Below are positions 1 to 9,183 of a stretch of 32,000 bases of DNA, in pieces. Every line of letters starts with the position of its first letter. Position 1 is the stretch's first letter. A program made the position numbers and the translations under genes. The DNA is from Chitinibacter fontanus (GTDB lineage Bacteria; Pseudomonadota; Gammaproteobacteria; Burkholderiales; Chitinibacteraceae): positions 1,483,665-1,515,664 of the forward strand of contig NZ_CP058952.1 of NCBI RefSeq assembly GCF_013423785.1, in the 5' to 3' direction. A model generated the notes under the pieces. That model made no database searches and had not been told where the DNA came from. It saw only the letters and a list, made by a program, of their open reading frames with translations.

Positions 1-349
1 TATAAACGGCAAAAGCTTCTGCGATAAACTGCAAGGCGCCATGCACGCCGCTAGTTTCATAACCATGCACCCCACCCGTCACCAATACAGTTGGTCGTTC
101 AGGCTGCCACTGGCAGCTTTTTACGGCATAGAGCGGATAACTCGATAAACCGAGCTGGGTGTAATCCAGCGTACCGTATTCAATCAGCTGCGCCTGCGCG
201 GGCAAATTGGCGAGCAGTGGCGCCACGACCTCTGCCTGATAGCTACGCTGCACACATTGCTGACTGAGCCATTGCTGGCGTTCAACCACTCCCCACGCTT
301 GCAGCGGCTGCCCAATTGGATAGGCAGGATGAATTGGGCTTGCGCTCAT
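1..349 (-). CDS. M14-family zinc carboxypeptidase-like protein (succinylglutamate desuccinylase/aspartoacylase-like), N-terminal part; the gene runs off the left edge
   Basis: Not in the supplied ORF track because it is open to the window edge. My translation from the ATG at 347-349 gives MSASPIHPAYPIGQPLQAWGVVERQQWLSQQ...PTVLVTGGVHGYETSGVHGALQFIAE. The GGVHGYETSG stretch resembles the zinc-binding HxxE region of M14-like peptidases. Confidence 0.45.
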   Translation of the reverse strand, partial: MSASPIHPAYPIGQPLQAWGVVERQQWLSQQCVQRSYQAEVVAPLLANLPAQAQLIEYGTLDYTQLGLSSYPLYAVKSCQWQPERPTVLVTGGVHGYETSGVHGALQFIAEAFAVY

Positions 350-520
350 GGCATACACTCTGGCTGAAATTGATGGGCAGAATATAGCATCGACCAGCGC
401 GGCATGATATTGGGAATACTGCTAGCGCATGATCAGCGCCAGCGGCAATTAACCATGGGTATTGCCCTATAAGCCATACAAAAAAATAACATACAGAGCA
501 ATACCCATACACAATTACAA

Positions 521-1534
521 TCAGAACCCTGCCAGAACAATCTTGCCTTGCGCACGGCCACTTTCGAGTAGCGCATGGGCGCGGCGAAGATTTTCTGCAT
601 TAATCACGCCAAATTGCTCATTCACCGTGGTGCGCAGCACGCCTTGATCAATTAAATCAGCCACGGCATTCAGCAAATGATGCTGCTCAATCATATCGGC
701 AGTCTGGTACAGCGAGCGGGTAAACATCAGTTCCCAATGGATCGCCACGCTTTTGCGCTTGAACGGCATCACATCGAGTACCCGTGGATCGTCAATCAAA
801 CCAAAATGGCCTTGCGGGGCGATGCTCTCCAGAATTTGTGGCAAATGCTGTTCAGTCTGGTTTAGGCTAACGATGTGTGTGACCTGCGGGATGCCAATGC
901 GCTGCAGCTCTTCGCTCAGCGGCAAACGGTGATCAATCACATGATGCGCGCCTAAATCTTGCACCCATTGCTGCGTTTCTGGCCGCGAGGCGGTAGCAAT
1001 AATCGTCAGCCCAGTTAATTGCCGCGCCAATTGAATCATCACTGAGCCCACGCCGCCCGCGGCACCAATAATCAGCAGTTGCTGCCCGCTTGGTGTTGGC
1101 GAACGGGCAATTTGCAGGCGATCAAACAACATTTCCCACGCGGTAATCGCGGTCAATGGTAAGGCTGCGGCGGCAGCGAAATCTAGGCTGCTCGGCATAC
1201 GGCCGACAATCCGCTCATCCACCGTTTGGTATTGCGCATTACTGCCTTGGCGCGAAATATCACCGGCGTACCAGACCCGATCACCCACTTTAAACAAGCT
1301 CACCTGTGGCCCCACTGCAGTAACCACACCGGTGGCATCCCACCCCAGCACTTTCCATGCACCATCTGGCGCGTTGACCCCATTACGAATCTTGGTATCA
1401 ACCGGATTGACCGATACGGCTTGTACCTCGATCAATAGTTCTCGACCTTCTGGGCGCGGTACGGGTAAATCGATATCTTGCAAACCCACCTCGGCAGTCA
1501 GCGCGTGGGCAGTTTGGTAAGCAATGGCTTTCAT
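521..1534 (-). CDS. Zinc-binding alcohol dehydrogenase family / quinone oxidoreductase-like protein (MDR superfamily)
   Basis: 337-aa ORF. The N-terminal GroES-like segment (LLIEVQAVSVNPVDTKIRNG) and the Rossmann motif LLIIGAAGGVGSVMIQLA are typical of MDR oxidoreductases. Confidence 0.8.
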   Translation of the reverse strand: MKAIAYQTAHALTAEVGLQDIDLPVPRPEGRELLIEVQAVSVNPVDTKIRNGVNAPDGAWKVLGWDATGVVTAVGPQVSLFKVGDRVWYAGDISRQGSNAQYQTVDERIVGRMPSSLDFAAAAALPLTAITAWEMLFDRLQIARSPTPSGQQLLIIGAAGGVGSVMIQLARQLTGLTIIATASRPETQQWVQDLGAHHVIDHRLPLSEELQRIGIPQVTHIVSLNQTEQHLPQILESIAPQGHFGLIDDPRVLDVMPFKRKSVAIHWELMFTRSLYQTADMIEQHHLLNAVADLIDQGVLRTTVNEQFGVINAENLRRAHALLESGRAQGKIVLAGF

Positions 1535-1619
1535 GGTGAACTCCTAAAATTTTCGGCAATAGCCCACCCGCACGGCCATCAAAGCCGTGGGCGAGCTGCG
1601 ATAGATGGATTAAAGGGAA

Positions 1620-2717
1620 TTAAGTCGCTGCGGGATAATCGGTGTAACCCTTGGCATTACCGCCAAATAGCGTTGCGCCATCCAGTTGCGCCAACGACTG
1701 CCCAGTGGCAATGCGGCGCGGAAAATCGGGATTAGCGATAAAGGGTCGGCCAAACGCCACCAGATCGGCCAGACTTTGGCTCAAAATCAACTCGGCCTTT
1801 TCTGGCGTGTAGCCACCGGCCACGATCAATGCGCCAGTAAAGGTATTGCGCAATTGCTGGCGAAATGACAGCGGCACCACCGGCGCATCATCCCAATCGG
1901 CTTCAGATAAATGCAGATAGGCAATCCCTAGGCTATTGAGTTGCTCAGCCGCCAGCAATATGGTTGGAATAATGTCGGGGCAATTCATGCCACGGGCGGT
2001 GATAAACGGAGCAAGACGCACGCCAACACGCTCGGCACCAACCTCATCGACCACGGCGGCGGTGATTTCCTGCAAAAAGCGCACGCGGTTTTCGCGGCTG
2101 CCGCCGTATTGATCTTGGCGCAGGTTCGAGGTGGTGCGTAAAAATTGATCAATTAAATAACCATTAGCGCCATGAATCTCCACCCCGTCAAAACCGGCAG
2201 CCATTGCATTGGCTGCGCCACGGCGAAAATCATCGACGATCTCGGCAATTTCAGCGGTTTCAAGCGCGCGCGGCAGCGGACAATCGACCATCGCGCCCTT
2301 GCCGCTTTCATCGGCAACCCAGACTTGTGCCTGCGGCAAAATGGCCGATGGTGCGACTGGCGCTTCTCCGTTATGAAATGACGCATGCGACATCCGCCCC
2401 ACATGCCACAACTGCAAAAAGATTTTGCCACCCGCGGCATGCACCGCGTCGGTCACCAAGCGCCAGCCATTGATTTGCGCTGTAGTGTAAATACCCGGCG
2501 TAAAGCTATAGCCCTGCCCTTGACGAGAAATTTGCGTGGCTTCACTGATGATTAGGCCAGCGCTGGCGCGCTGAGCGTAATACTCGGCCATCAAGGCGTT
2601 GGGAACATCGCCCGGCTGGGTGGTACGGCAACGCGTCATCGGCGCCATGACGATCCGGTTGGTCAGTGGCAAGTCCGCTAATGCCGTCGTGCTAAATAAC
2701 TGGTTAAACATGGTCAA
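1620..2717 (-). CDS. nemA: Old Yellow Enzyme family NADH:flavin oxidoreductase / N-ethylmaleimide (alkene) reductase
   Basis: 365-aa ORF, collinear by eye with E. coli NemA (MAPMTRCR..., ALMAEYYAQRASAGLIISEATQIS, LQLWHVGR, GFDGVEIHGANGYL, GYTDYP C-terminus). Confidence 0.85.
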   Translation of the reverse strand: MTMFNQLFSTTALADLPLTNRIVMAPMTRCRTTQPGDVPNALMAEYYAQRASAGLIISEATQISRQGQGYSFTPGIYTTAQINGWRLVTDAVHAAGGKIFLQLWHVGRMSHASFHNGEAPVAPSAILPQAQVWVADESGKGAMVDCPLPRALETAEIAEIVDDFRRGAANAMAAGFDGVEIHGANGYLIDQFLRTTSNLRQDQYGGSRENRVRFLQEITAAVVDEVGAERVGVRLAPFITARGMNCPDIIPTILLAAEQLNSLGIAYLHLSEADWDDAPVVPLSFRQQLRNTFTGALIVAGGYTPEKAELILSQSLADLVAFGRPFIANPDFPRRIATGQSLAQLDGATLFGGNAKGYTDYPAAT

Positions 2718-2837
2718 AGTCCTCGAAGACGCAGCAATCTTTCAGTGAGGTCATTATTACAGTCGATAAAAATTTAATAAACTTGCTATTCAGATAAAGA
2801 TCTTCAACAATTTATTGAAAATAACGAGGGATCTGCG

Positions 2838-3749
2838 GTGAAATTGCTGCGCGAATTTGAGATTTTTATCCATACCGCCCAAACCGGCAGCCTGTCCGAT
2901 GCCGCCCGCTTGCTCGATTTAAGCCCGGCCGCCACCAGCATTGCCATCAAGCGCCTAGAAGCCCAGCTCAATACCGCGCTGTTTATTCGCTCCACCCGTA
3001 GTTTGCGACTCACCCATGCCGGCGAAGTATTTTTGCAACATTGCCTGCCCGCAGTACAACTGCTCCAGGATGGCTGCCGTGCAGTGCAGGCGGGTGATCA
3101 GCTCAGTGGTTTATTGCAGATTTCGCTGCCATCCGATCTGGGGCGCAACGTCATCCTGCCATGGCTCGATGAGTTTCAACGCCTATACCCGCAAATCAAA
3201 TTACGCGTGGCGATTTCAGATCGGCTAGCGGATATTTTTCGTGAGTCGGTTGATCTGGCTTTGCGTTATGGCAGCCTGCCCGATTCGGCGATGATTGCAT
3301 TACCCGTTTGCAGCGACAATCGGCGCGTGCTGTGTGCCGCGCCCTCCTACTTGGTGCAGCATGGCACACCAAAACAATTAAGCGATCTGGCGCAGCACAA
3401 TTGTCTGTGCTTTATGCTGGGCGACTATGTGTATGACCGTTGGCGTTTTCGCGCGCTGGGGCAGGAAATATCAATTCAGGTTAGCGGGGATCGGGTTGCG
3501 CTCGATGGAGATGCTGTACGCCGGTGGGCGGTAGCGGGTTTTGGAATTGCCTACAAATCACAATTAGATATTGCGGATGATTTACAGGCCGGTCGCTTGA
3601 TCCGCCTCTGCCCCGATTTGGAAGGCGAAGCTGCTCCGCTCAACTTGCTATGCGCCGACCGCCGCCAGATCAGCCCGATTGTGCAAGCGCTGCAAAGCTA
3701 TCTGAGCCAGCGCTGTGCCAACCTGCTGCAGGCAATTTCAGTTGATTGA
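2838..3749 (+). CDS. LysR-family transcriptional regulator, divergent from the nemA-like gene
   Basis: 303-aa ORF with a GTG start preceded by GAGGGA. N-terminal wHTH signature (FIHTAQTGSLSDAARLLDLSPAATSIAIKRLE) plus a LysR substrate-binding-type C-terminal region. Confidence 0.85.
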   Translation: MKLLREFEIFIHTAQTGSLSDAARLLDLSPAATSIAIKRLEAQLNTALFIRSTRSLRLTHAGEVFLQHCLPAVQLLQDGCRAVQAGDQLSGLLQISLPSDLGRNVILPWLDEFQRLYPQIKLRVAISDRLADIFRESVDLALRYGSLPDSAMIALPVCSDNRRVLCAAPSYLVQHGTPKQLSDLAQHNCLCFMLGDYVYDRWRFRALGQEISIQVSGDRVALDGDAVRRWAVAGFGIAYKSQLDIADDLQAGRLIRLCPDLEGEAAPLNLLCADRRQISPIVQALQSYLSQRCANLLQAISVD

Positions 3750-3789
3750 CCAGCATTATTCAAATCACCCGGATAAACAGATCAGCATA

Positions 3790-3818
3790 AAAAGGAGTGG
3801 TCTAGCACCACTCCTTTT
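3790..3818. terminator. Bidirectional intrinsic terminator between the convergent LysR gene and the lipoprotein gene
   Basis: aaaaGGAGTGG-tctagca-CCACTCCtttt: an 11-bp stem including the flanking A/T runs, with an A-run on one side and a T-run on the other. Confidence 0.6.
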
Positions 3819-3825
3819 CTCTTGA

Positions 3826-4425
3826 TCAGCGCAATTTCACTGAAGCTAATAACTGCTGATATTGCGGATAATCACGTTGCCAGAAATTCTTCCGAATTGC
3901 CGAATACGCGATGATTAGCAACTTGCCTTTATAAACTGTGCCATAGATTTCTTGTTGATAGTCTAGGCCTTTAGCATTTTTCCAAGTCAGCAACAACCGG
4001 TATGCATCACGATTAGCAATCGTCGCAGGGCCTCGCTCCAATACCTGAATATTCAGATTTAGCGCGGCATAGGCTTTCTGTAACTGACCTAAGAATTGAT
4101 CCGCCAACTCAGAAGAATCAAAATCTTCTTCTAACTTTAATTGCGCCTGAAAATCGTGCTTACCCGACAATGAGCGGATTGCTACTTCAGGGGTGTCATA
4201 ACTGATGACCAGTTCCTGCATGGCAAACCCGTCGCGCGTGTAACGCCAATTTGAGGCATTAGCTGGTGGCTGCATTAATTGCATCCAATTGAGCGGCGCA
4301 GAGAATGACACTAACTTGCTTGCATCTTGTTCAACTTTATTTTCGCGAATTTTTGCCCAAGGTGCACATGCAGCCAAGCCCAAGCACAGCGCAAAAGTGA
4401 TAATCAGTGAAAATATTTTCTTCAT
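3826..4425 (-). CDS. Hypothetical lipoprotein, last gene of the M48 protease operon
   Basis: 199-aa ORF. Signal peptide with lipobox (LGLAAC). Its start overlaps the upstream M48 gene stop by 4 nt. Confidence 0.6.
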   Translation of the reverse strand: MKKIFSLIITFALCLGLAACAPWAKIRENKVEQDASKLVSFSAPLNWMQLMQPPANASNWRYTRDGFAMQELVISYDTPEVAIRSLSGKHDFQAQLKLEEDFDSSELADQFLGQLQKAYAALNLNIQVLERGPATIANRDAYRLLLTWKNAKGLDYQQEIYGTVYKGKLLIIAYSAIRKNFWQRDYPQYQQLLASVKLR

Positions 4426-5636
4426 TTTTTTTCTTCCTGTGGTGTTGCAGACGCTACGGTAGCCACGGCGTCAGGATTTCGTTTAGTGTTAACTTTGTTG
4501 AGTAATTGCCGAGCAAAGCCCGCATCCGCTTCGCTTAATGGCGTCGTTTGCAAAATCGACTCCAGCAAGCTGCTGGCTTCATCTAGTTTGCCTTCCCGAT
4601 AGGAAAGATTAGCTAACCCTCGCATGGCACCGATGTGCTGCGGTTGCTGCTTTAAAACCTCGGAATAGGATGAGCGTGCTAAACCAGAATCTCCGCTTTG
4701 CTTGCGCAGACGATATGCTTCTGCCAAGTAAAAATCGGCTTCAATGCCATAGCGGCTTCTATTCTCGACCTTGCTCATTGCGGTAATGAGCTGGGTGTAC
4801 CTAGCCGCCTGAAAGTCATTTTTGAGTTGGGTTTGCCGCAAAACCCGCGTAGCTTGTTCGAAGCGCTCCTTACCTAACTCACCACCTTGTGCATTCTTGG
4901 CAACAAGTAGCGCCTTGAAGCTATCCTCGCGCTCCTCCAGTTTTGGATGCGTGGCAAACACATAGGGAGGTGGATTGGTATCTTTCACTGCCAGCGCTTC
5001 TTCGGCCAACATTTGGAAGGTACGCGTCGCTTCGCGCAAATCATAACCATTCTGAGAAAGGCGCTGAAATGCTACCCGATCAGCTTCACGTTCATTATCG
5101 CGTGAGAACCCATACAACCCTGCTGTCTGCGTGAAAACGCCAAGCAACCCAACCAGTGGGTTAATTACCGTTACCAAGCCAGTCACCACTGCCAAACCAT
5201 CTGCCGAGTTGCGCAAACGATAGCCATGACGATAAATCACATGCCCCGCCTCATGGCTGAGCACCGTTGCAAGTTGAGCCTCATTTTCAAGCCTAGCCAG
5301 TAACCCTGAGTGGATATACACCGCGCCATTTGGCATGGCAAAGGCGTTATAGACGGGGTCATCAATCACCTGTACCCGCAAAATGCCTTTCCATTCTGGA
5401 TACAAGCCATCCATCACTTGCTGTACATACGCTTGCAATGGCGCGTTCTCGATGGTTCGACCTTGTTCTTTCAGGACATTCTCGGCACGTTCTGCTTCAA
5501 ACCACAGATTGCTCTCGGCGGGGACGAGTTTAGTTACCATCTCGGGCGTGAGTAACTCATAGGCGTGGGCTTGGGAGCTTAAGGCCCAAGCCAGCAAAGT
5601 ACTCACGAGGCAAAGTTGGGGTTTCATGCCAGCCAT
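4422..5636 (-). CDS. M48-family zinc metallopeptidase with C-terminal TPR repeats (BepA-like periplasmic protease)
   Basis: 404-aa ORF. N-terminal signal peptide, HExxH motif (SHEAGHVIYRH), and a TPR-like C-terminal region (AEAYRLRKQSGD..., YREGKLDEASSLLESIL). Confidence 0.8.
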   Translation of the reverse strand: MAGMKPQLCLVSTLLAWALSSQAHAYELLTPEMVTKLVPAESNLWFEAERAENVLKEQGRTIENAPLQAYVQQVMDGLYPEWKGILRVQVIDDPVYNAFAMPNGAVYIHSGLLARLENEAQLATVLSHEAGHVIYRHGYRLRNSADGLAVVTGLVTVINPLVGLLGVFTQTAGLYGFSRDNEREADRVAFQRLSQNGYDLREATRTFQMLAEEALAVKDTNPPPYVFATHPKLEEREDSFKALLVAKNAQGGELGKERFEQATRVLRQTQLKNDFQAARYTQLITAMSKVENRSRYGIEADFYLAEAYRLRKQSGDSGLARSSYSEVLKQQPQHIGAMRGLANLSYREGKLDEASSLLESILQTTPLSEADAGFARQLLNKVNTKRNPDAVATVASATPQEEKK

Positions 5637-5639
5637 GAC

Positions 5640-6347
5640 TTATTTGCCTAAAATTTGGTCAAGCTGTTGTTTGTAACGCTGCTTGGTCGTTTCCGCATGT
5701 TTCAAATCGCTGAAACCACTGTTATCACGACTTAGCCAAACAATATCCCCATTATCCAAATCCGCAATACCGAGGCTGGTATATGATTGCCCCATTGGAA
5801 TACCAATCCCTACGGCAGCCCCCAAAAACGCCATTGCAACACGACCACCACTGCTGACCAAATCCAAGCCGCTAACAACCAACGCATACCGACTACCCGT
5901 TTTTTGCTTGAGCCATGGCAAGCCACTACCCAAGGTGTAGTCATAATGTTGCCGCCGCTCTTCCCAACCTGCAGCAAACACTTGCTGTGAGCTGCGGCTT
6001 ACCACGTCAAATAGGGCAAAATATTCTTTGATCTCGCTTTTCTCAGCAGCACTTAAATCATCAAGTTTGATCAATTTATTATTGGGGCGAGCAGCAAAAT
6101 ACTGATCGACAGCTTGCGTTACTGCGGTCTGAGCTTGCTGAGTATCTTCGCGCATAATCGTAATCGCACCGCTTGCGGAGAACTCATACACTTCAACATC
6201 GGTACCCAACAAAACCATCGGTAATGTAAAGTCCCCACGCTTCACTCGCTCAGGCAAATCTGTACGACTTAATTCAAAAGCCTGCGCAATCGCTCCGAAC
6301 ATAATTAAAGCTAGAAACAGCCCTATACGACTTACCTTACCCATCAC
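5640..6347 (-). CDS. Hypothetical secreted protein, first gene of the M48 operon
   Basis: 235-aa ORF with a signal peptide (LFLALIMFGAIAQA). Its stop lies 3 nt upstream of the M48 gene start. I recognise no family. Confidence 0.5.
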   Translation of the reverse strand: MMGKVSRIGLFLALIMFGAIAQAFELSRTDLPERVKRGDFTLPMVLLGTDVEVYEFSASGAITIMREDTQQAQTAVTQAVDQYFAARPNNKLIKLDDLSAAEKSEIKEYFALFDVVSRSSQQVFAAGWEERRQHYDYTLGSGLPWLKQKTGSRYALVVSGLDLVSSGGRVAMAFLGAAVGIGIPMGQSYTSLGIADLDNGDIVWLSRDNSGFSDLKHAETTKQRYKQQLDQILGK

Positions 6348-6488
6348 ATTTCTCTGCCGTTGTAAAAGAATGGTAATTTTACCCTAGCCACTGCAATCTT
6401 GATAAAAGACCTAGTCCTCAATTGCAAAATCAATACAGAGAGTTAAAAAATGCTTTATTTGACTTAGATCAAATACAAATTACAGGCA

Positions 6489-6517
6489 TAAAAAATGCCG
6501 CTCACAATGAGCGGCAT
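6489..6517 (-). terminator. Intrinsic terminator downstream of uppP
   Basis: Perfect 10-bp stem ATGCCGCTCA-caa-TGAGCGGCAT at 6495-6517. It is followed on the minus strand by a T-run (plus-strand aaaaa at 6490-6494), about 50 nt past the uppP stop. Confidence 0.65.
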
Positions 6518-6569
6518 AGGTATAAGCACAGCAGCCTCTATTTATCTAAGCGTACGATGTATACCCCAG

Positions 6570-7397
6570 CTAGGCAGCATTCCAATTCACCCAACCAAAA
6601 TGCCACGTGGCCAGCACAATTAAACCAAACGCGATGCGGTACCAGGCAAACACGACAAAAGTATGTGTAGAAATAAATCTAATTAAGGCGCGAATAGCAA
6701 TAAATGCAAAAATAAATGATGAAATAAACCCTACCGCGAAAATGCCAATATCGGCACTATCTAAAACGTGTCGATGTTTTAGTAAACTATACAACGACGC
6801 CGCGCCTAGGGTTGGAATCCCGAGAAAGAACGAAAACTCTGTCGCGGCTTTACGCGACAGCCCAAGAAACATACCACCGATGATCGTCGCACCAGAGCGG
6901 CTAGTACCTGGAATCAACGCCAAACATTGGCATAAGCCTACTTTTAACGCATCTTTCAGGCTTAGATCATCGACAGTGGCCACAGTCACCGTATGTTGGC
7001 GTTTTTCTGCCCACAAGATAATTAGCCCGCCCACGATAAACGCTACCGACACCGCAACGGGGTTAAACAACACCGCTTTGATACTTTCGGAAAACAGCTT
7101 GCCTAAAATCGCGGCCGGAATAAAGGCAATCACAATACCCAGCAGCAAGTTACGTTCACCACCAGGGCGGCTCACCCCTTGGAAGGTTTTTCCAATCTTG
7201 GCCCGATACTCCCAGACCACAGCCAGCATCGCTCCCAACTGGATAAAGATTTCGTAAACGTCACGTTTTTCTTTGCTTAAGAACCCCAGCAAATCACCCG
7301 TTAAGATCAAATGGCCAGTCGAAGAAATAGGCAGAAACTCGGTAATCCCTTCGACCAAACCCATAATCAGGGAATGAAACAACAAAATCGGATCCAT
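6570..7397 (-). CDS. uppP: Undecaprenyl-diphosphate phosphatase
   Basis: The ORF track gives 6570..7541 from a TTG. The conserved UppP/BacA N-terminus (MDPILLFHSLIMGLVEGITEFLPISSTGHL) begins at the internal ATG at 7395-7397. Multi-pass membrane protein with the PGTSRSGATI motif. Confidence 0.9.
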   Translation of the reverse strand: MDPILLFHSLIMGLVEGITEFLPISSTGHLILTGDLLGFLSKEKRDVYEIFIQLGAMLAVVWEYRAKIGKTFQGVSRPGGERNLLLGIVIAFIPAAILGKLFSESIKAVLFNPVAVSVAFIVGGLIILWAEKRQHTVTVATVDDLSLKDALKVGLCQCLALIPGTSRSGATIIGGMFLGLSRKAATEFSFFLGIPTLGAASLYSLLKHRHVLDSADIGIFAVGFISSFIFAFIAIRALIRFISTHTFVVFAWYRIAFGLIVLATWHFGWVNWNAA

Positions 7398-7654
7398 GTG
7401 GCACTCGTGCGAATTGGTTAAACGGTGCGCGATTATAGACTTAAGGACACTGTAATGACTGCTGGCAAAGATGAAATTTTCTTCACGCGCCCGGAGAGCC
7501 CAAGCCACGGCAGATTTAAATACAACGGAAATTAGCCCCAACGGGCAAAACGTGAATATTTACACCAGGGCTTGGGAACCGGAGGCTGCGCCCACACTCT
7601 TACCATCAAGTGTGCAATGCAAGTGTGCATTTTGCTCATCTCCTCCCTGTTGAC

Positions 7655-7689
7655 CGGGCGCCTTTTGCAAAATCGGCGCCCGTTTTTTT
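7655..7689 (+). terminator. Plus-strand intrinsic terminator with no annotated plus-strand gene upstream
   Basis: CGGGCGCC-ttttgcaaaatc-GGCGCCCG followed by TTTTTTT on the plus strand only. On the minus strand no U-tract follows the stem. Confidence 0.55.
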
Positions 7690-7721
7690 ACCTATTTTTT
7701 ATTGCTGCCCAGGCCGGGTAA

Positions 7722-8165
7722 TCAGCCCTGTTTACGCTGATGATGTCGCAATAAATTGCTTAATGCGGTTTTTAGAGCGGGGTCATCAACCTGAGCCTGT
7801 AGCTCTGAAAAAGCAGCCTTTGCCGGCTCTGTCATTCGTAAGGTCTTGGTTTGTAGCGGATTTCCTTGCTGCAGCGCCACTTGCACCTTGGCGCGGATTG
7901 CGGTAGCGTGCACACCAGCTTGGCCTAATGCGGCCAAAATAGCGGGTTCGGCCTGACGCAAGCGCGTTGCCGCGGCGCTGCCAGGTACCGCCACCAGCAA
8001 AGTGGTGCCCGACCAAGCTGTGCCTTGGCACACCCGAGCTAATTCTGGCGCCACGGCCGAACGCACAATCTCTAGCAGCCCATTGAGCTGGTCGAGCTGC
8101 TTTACCAAGCGTTTTAGCTGGTAATCACCTTCAACCAGTTGCGTAAAATTAGCGTGTTTGATCAT
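7722..8165 (-). CDS. DUF721-domain protein (DciA-like)
   Basis: 147-aa ORF divergent from the M23 peptidase/secA pair. Size, basic C-terminus and this synteny match the DUF721 gene found beside secA in many proteobacteria. The family call is from memory. Confidence 0.55.
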   Translation of the reverse strand: MIKHANFTQLVEGDYQLKRLVKQLDQLNGLLEIVRSAVAPELARVCQGTAWSGTTLLVAVPGSAAATRLRQAEPAILAALGQAGVHATAIRAKVQVALQQGNPLQTKTLRMTEPAKAAFSELQAQVDDPALKTALSNLLRHHQRKQG

Positions 8166-8179
8166 TTACAAGGGTTCCA

Positions 8180-9064
8180 ATGAATATCATTGTGGTCTCA
8201 AATCGGCTCGACAAAGCCATTTCATTAGGCCCGCGCGAGCTCACCGCGCTGGCACTGGCGCTGACCTTATTGATCGGTGCTGCCGCATTTGGATTAGGCA
8301 TGTTGTTCGCCCCCAATCGTGTAGAGCCACTGCTGCGTCTAATGCCCGGCCAGCATGCGCGCCAGAATGAAATTGATGCTTTGGCCGTACAGGTCGGTGA
8401 GCTGCAAGCCAAACTGACCCGCTTAGATAGTCTGGCCAATCGGGTTGGCGACAAAACGGGGATTGATATTAAACCGTTTTTAAGTAAAAACGCAGCACCG
8501 CAGGGCGGGCTGGCCCACGATGGTCAGCCATTTGCGGTTTCCGGCCTACGCCAACTGCTGCAAGACACAGATGCCAAAATGGCCGCCATGATTGATCAGC
8601 TCACACTGGCCGAGGCCATTCTGATTACGCCTGATGCGAGCTATCTCCCCCGCCACTCGCCACTGACGATTGCACCGCAATCATCAAGCTTTGGCTGGCG
8701 TGTTGACCCATTTCGCGGCACACAAGTTTTTCACGAAGGCATCGATTACCAAGGCGATACCGGCACACCAATTGTAGCCGCCGCCACAGGTAAGGTCGTG
8801 TATGCAGCTTACCATCCTCAATATGGTAATATGGTCGAGCTTGATCATGGTAAAGATTTAACCAGCCGCTATGCCCACGCCAGTCAATTACTGGTGAAAG
8901 TAGGCGACACAGTGCAAGTGGGGCAAAAAGTCGCCTTGCTCGGCAGTACCGGGCGCTCTACGGGCCCACACCTGCACTTTGAGATCCGCTATCGTGGCGT
9001 GGCGCAAAATCCGCTGCGTTTTCTTGATGGTGGTCAATCAAACTATGCTCAAGCCACTAAGTAA
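8180..9064 (+). CDS. M23-family peptidoglycan metalloendopeptidase
   Basis: 294-aa ORF. N-terminal membrane anchor, coiled-coil segment, and LytM-domain motifs (FHEGIDY, GSTGRSTGPHLHFEIR). Confidence 0.85.
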   Translation: MNIIVVSNRLDKAISLGPRELTALALALTLLIGAAAFGLGMLFAPNRVEPLLRLMPGQHARQNEIDALAVQVGELQAKLTRLDSLANRVGDKTGIDIKPFLSKNAAPQGGLAHDGQPFAVSGLRQLLQDTDAKMAAMIDQLTLAEAILITPDASYLPRHSPLTIAPQSSSFGWRVDPFRGTQVFHEGIDYQGDTGTPIVAAATGKVVYAAYHPQYGNMVELDHGKDLTSRYAHASQLLVKVGDTVQVGQKVALLGSTGRSTGPHLHFEIRYRGVAQNPLRFLDGGQSNYAQATK

Positions 9065-9183
9065 GCCTTGAAAAAAGGTAGGGTGGAGCCAACTAAGGTC
9101 AGCCAGCCCAAACAAAGAACGGGCGTTGGCCTTTGTCGATTAATAAAAACTGAGCCTCATCGAGGCCGTCACGTGGTAGCACT

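Noticed and set aside
282-512. 76-aa minus-strand ORF in the track
   Set aside because: It overlaps, in another frame, the better-supported edge-truncated M14-like ORF (1..349). Its Cys/Trp-rich translation looks non-genic.
2718-2837. LysR-box (T-N11-A) in the nemA/LysR divergent intergenic region
   Set aside because: I saw an AT-rich dyad (TTAT-N8-ATAA near 2754-2769). Its spacing does not fit the T-N11-A rule, and in such AT-rich DNA it could arise by chance. I did not annotate it as a site.
7398-7541. 48-codon N-terminal extension of uppP from a TTG start in the ORF track
   Set aside because: The conserved UppP N-terminus (MDPILLF...EGITEFLPISSTGHL) begins at the internal ATG at 7395-7397. 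The extension has no similarity to UppP and no RBS.
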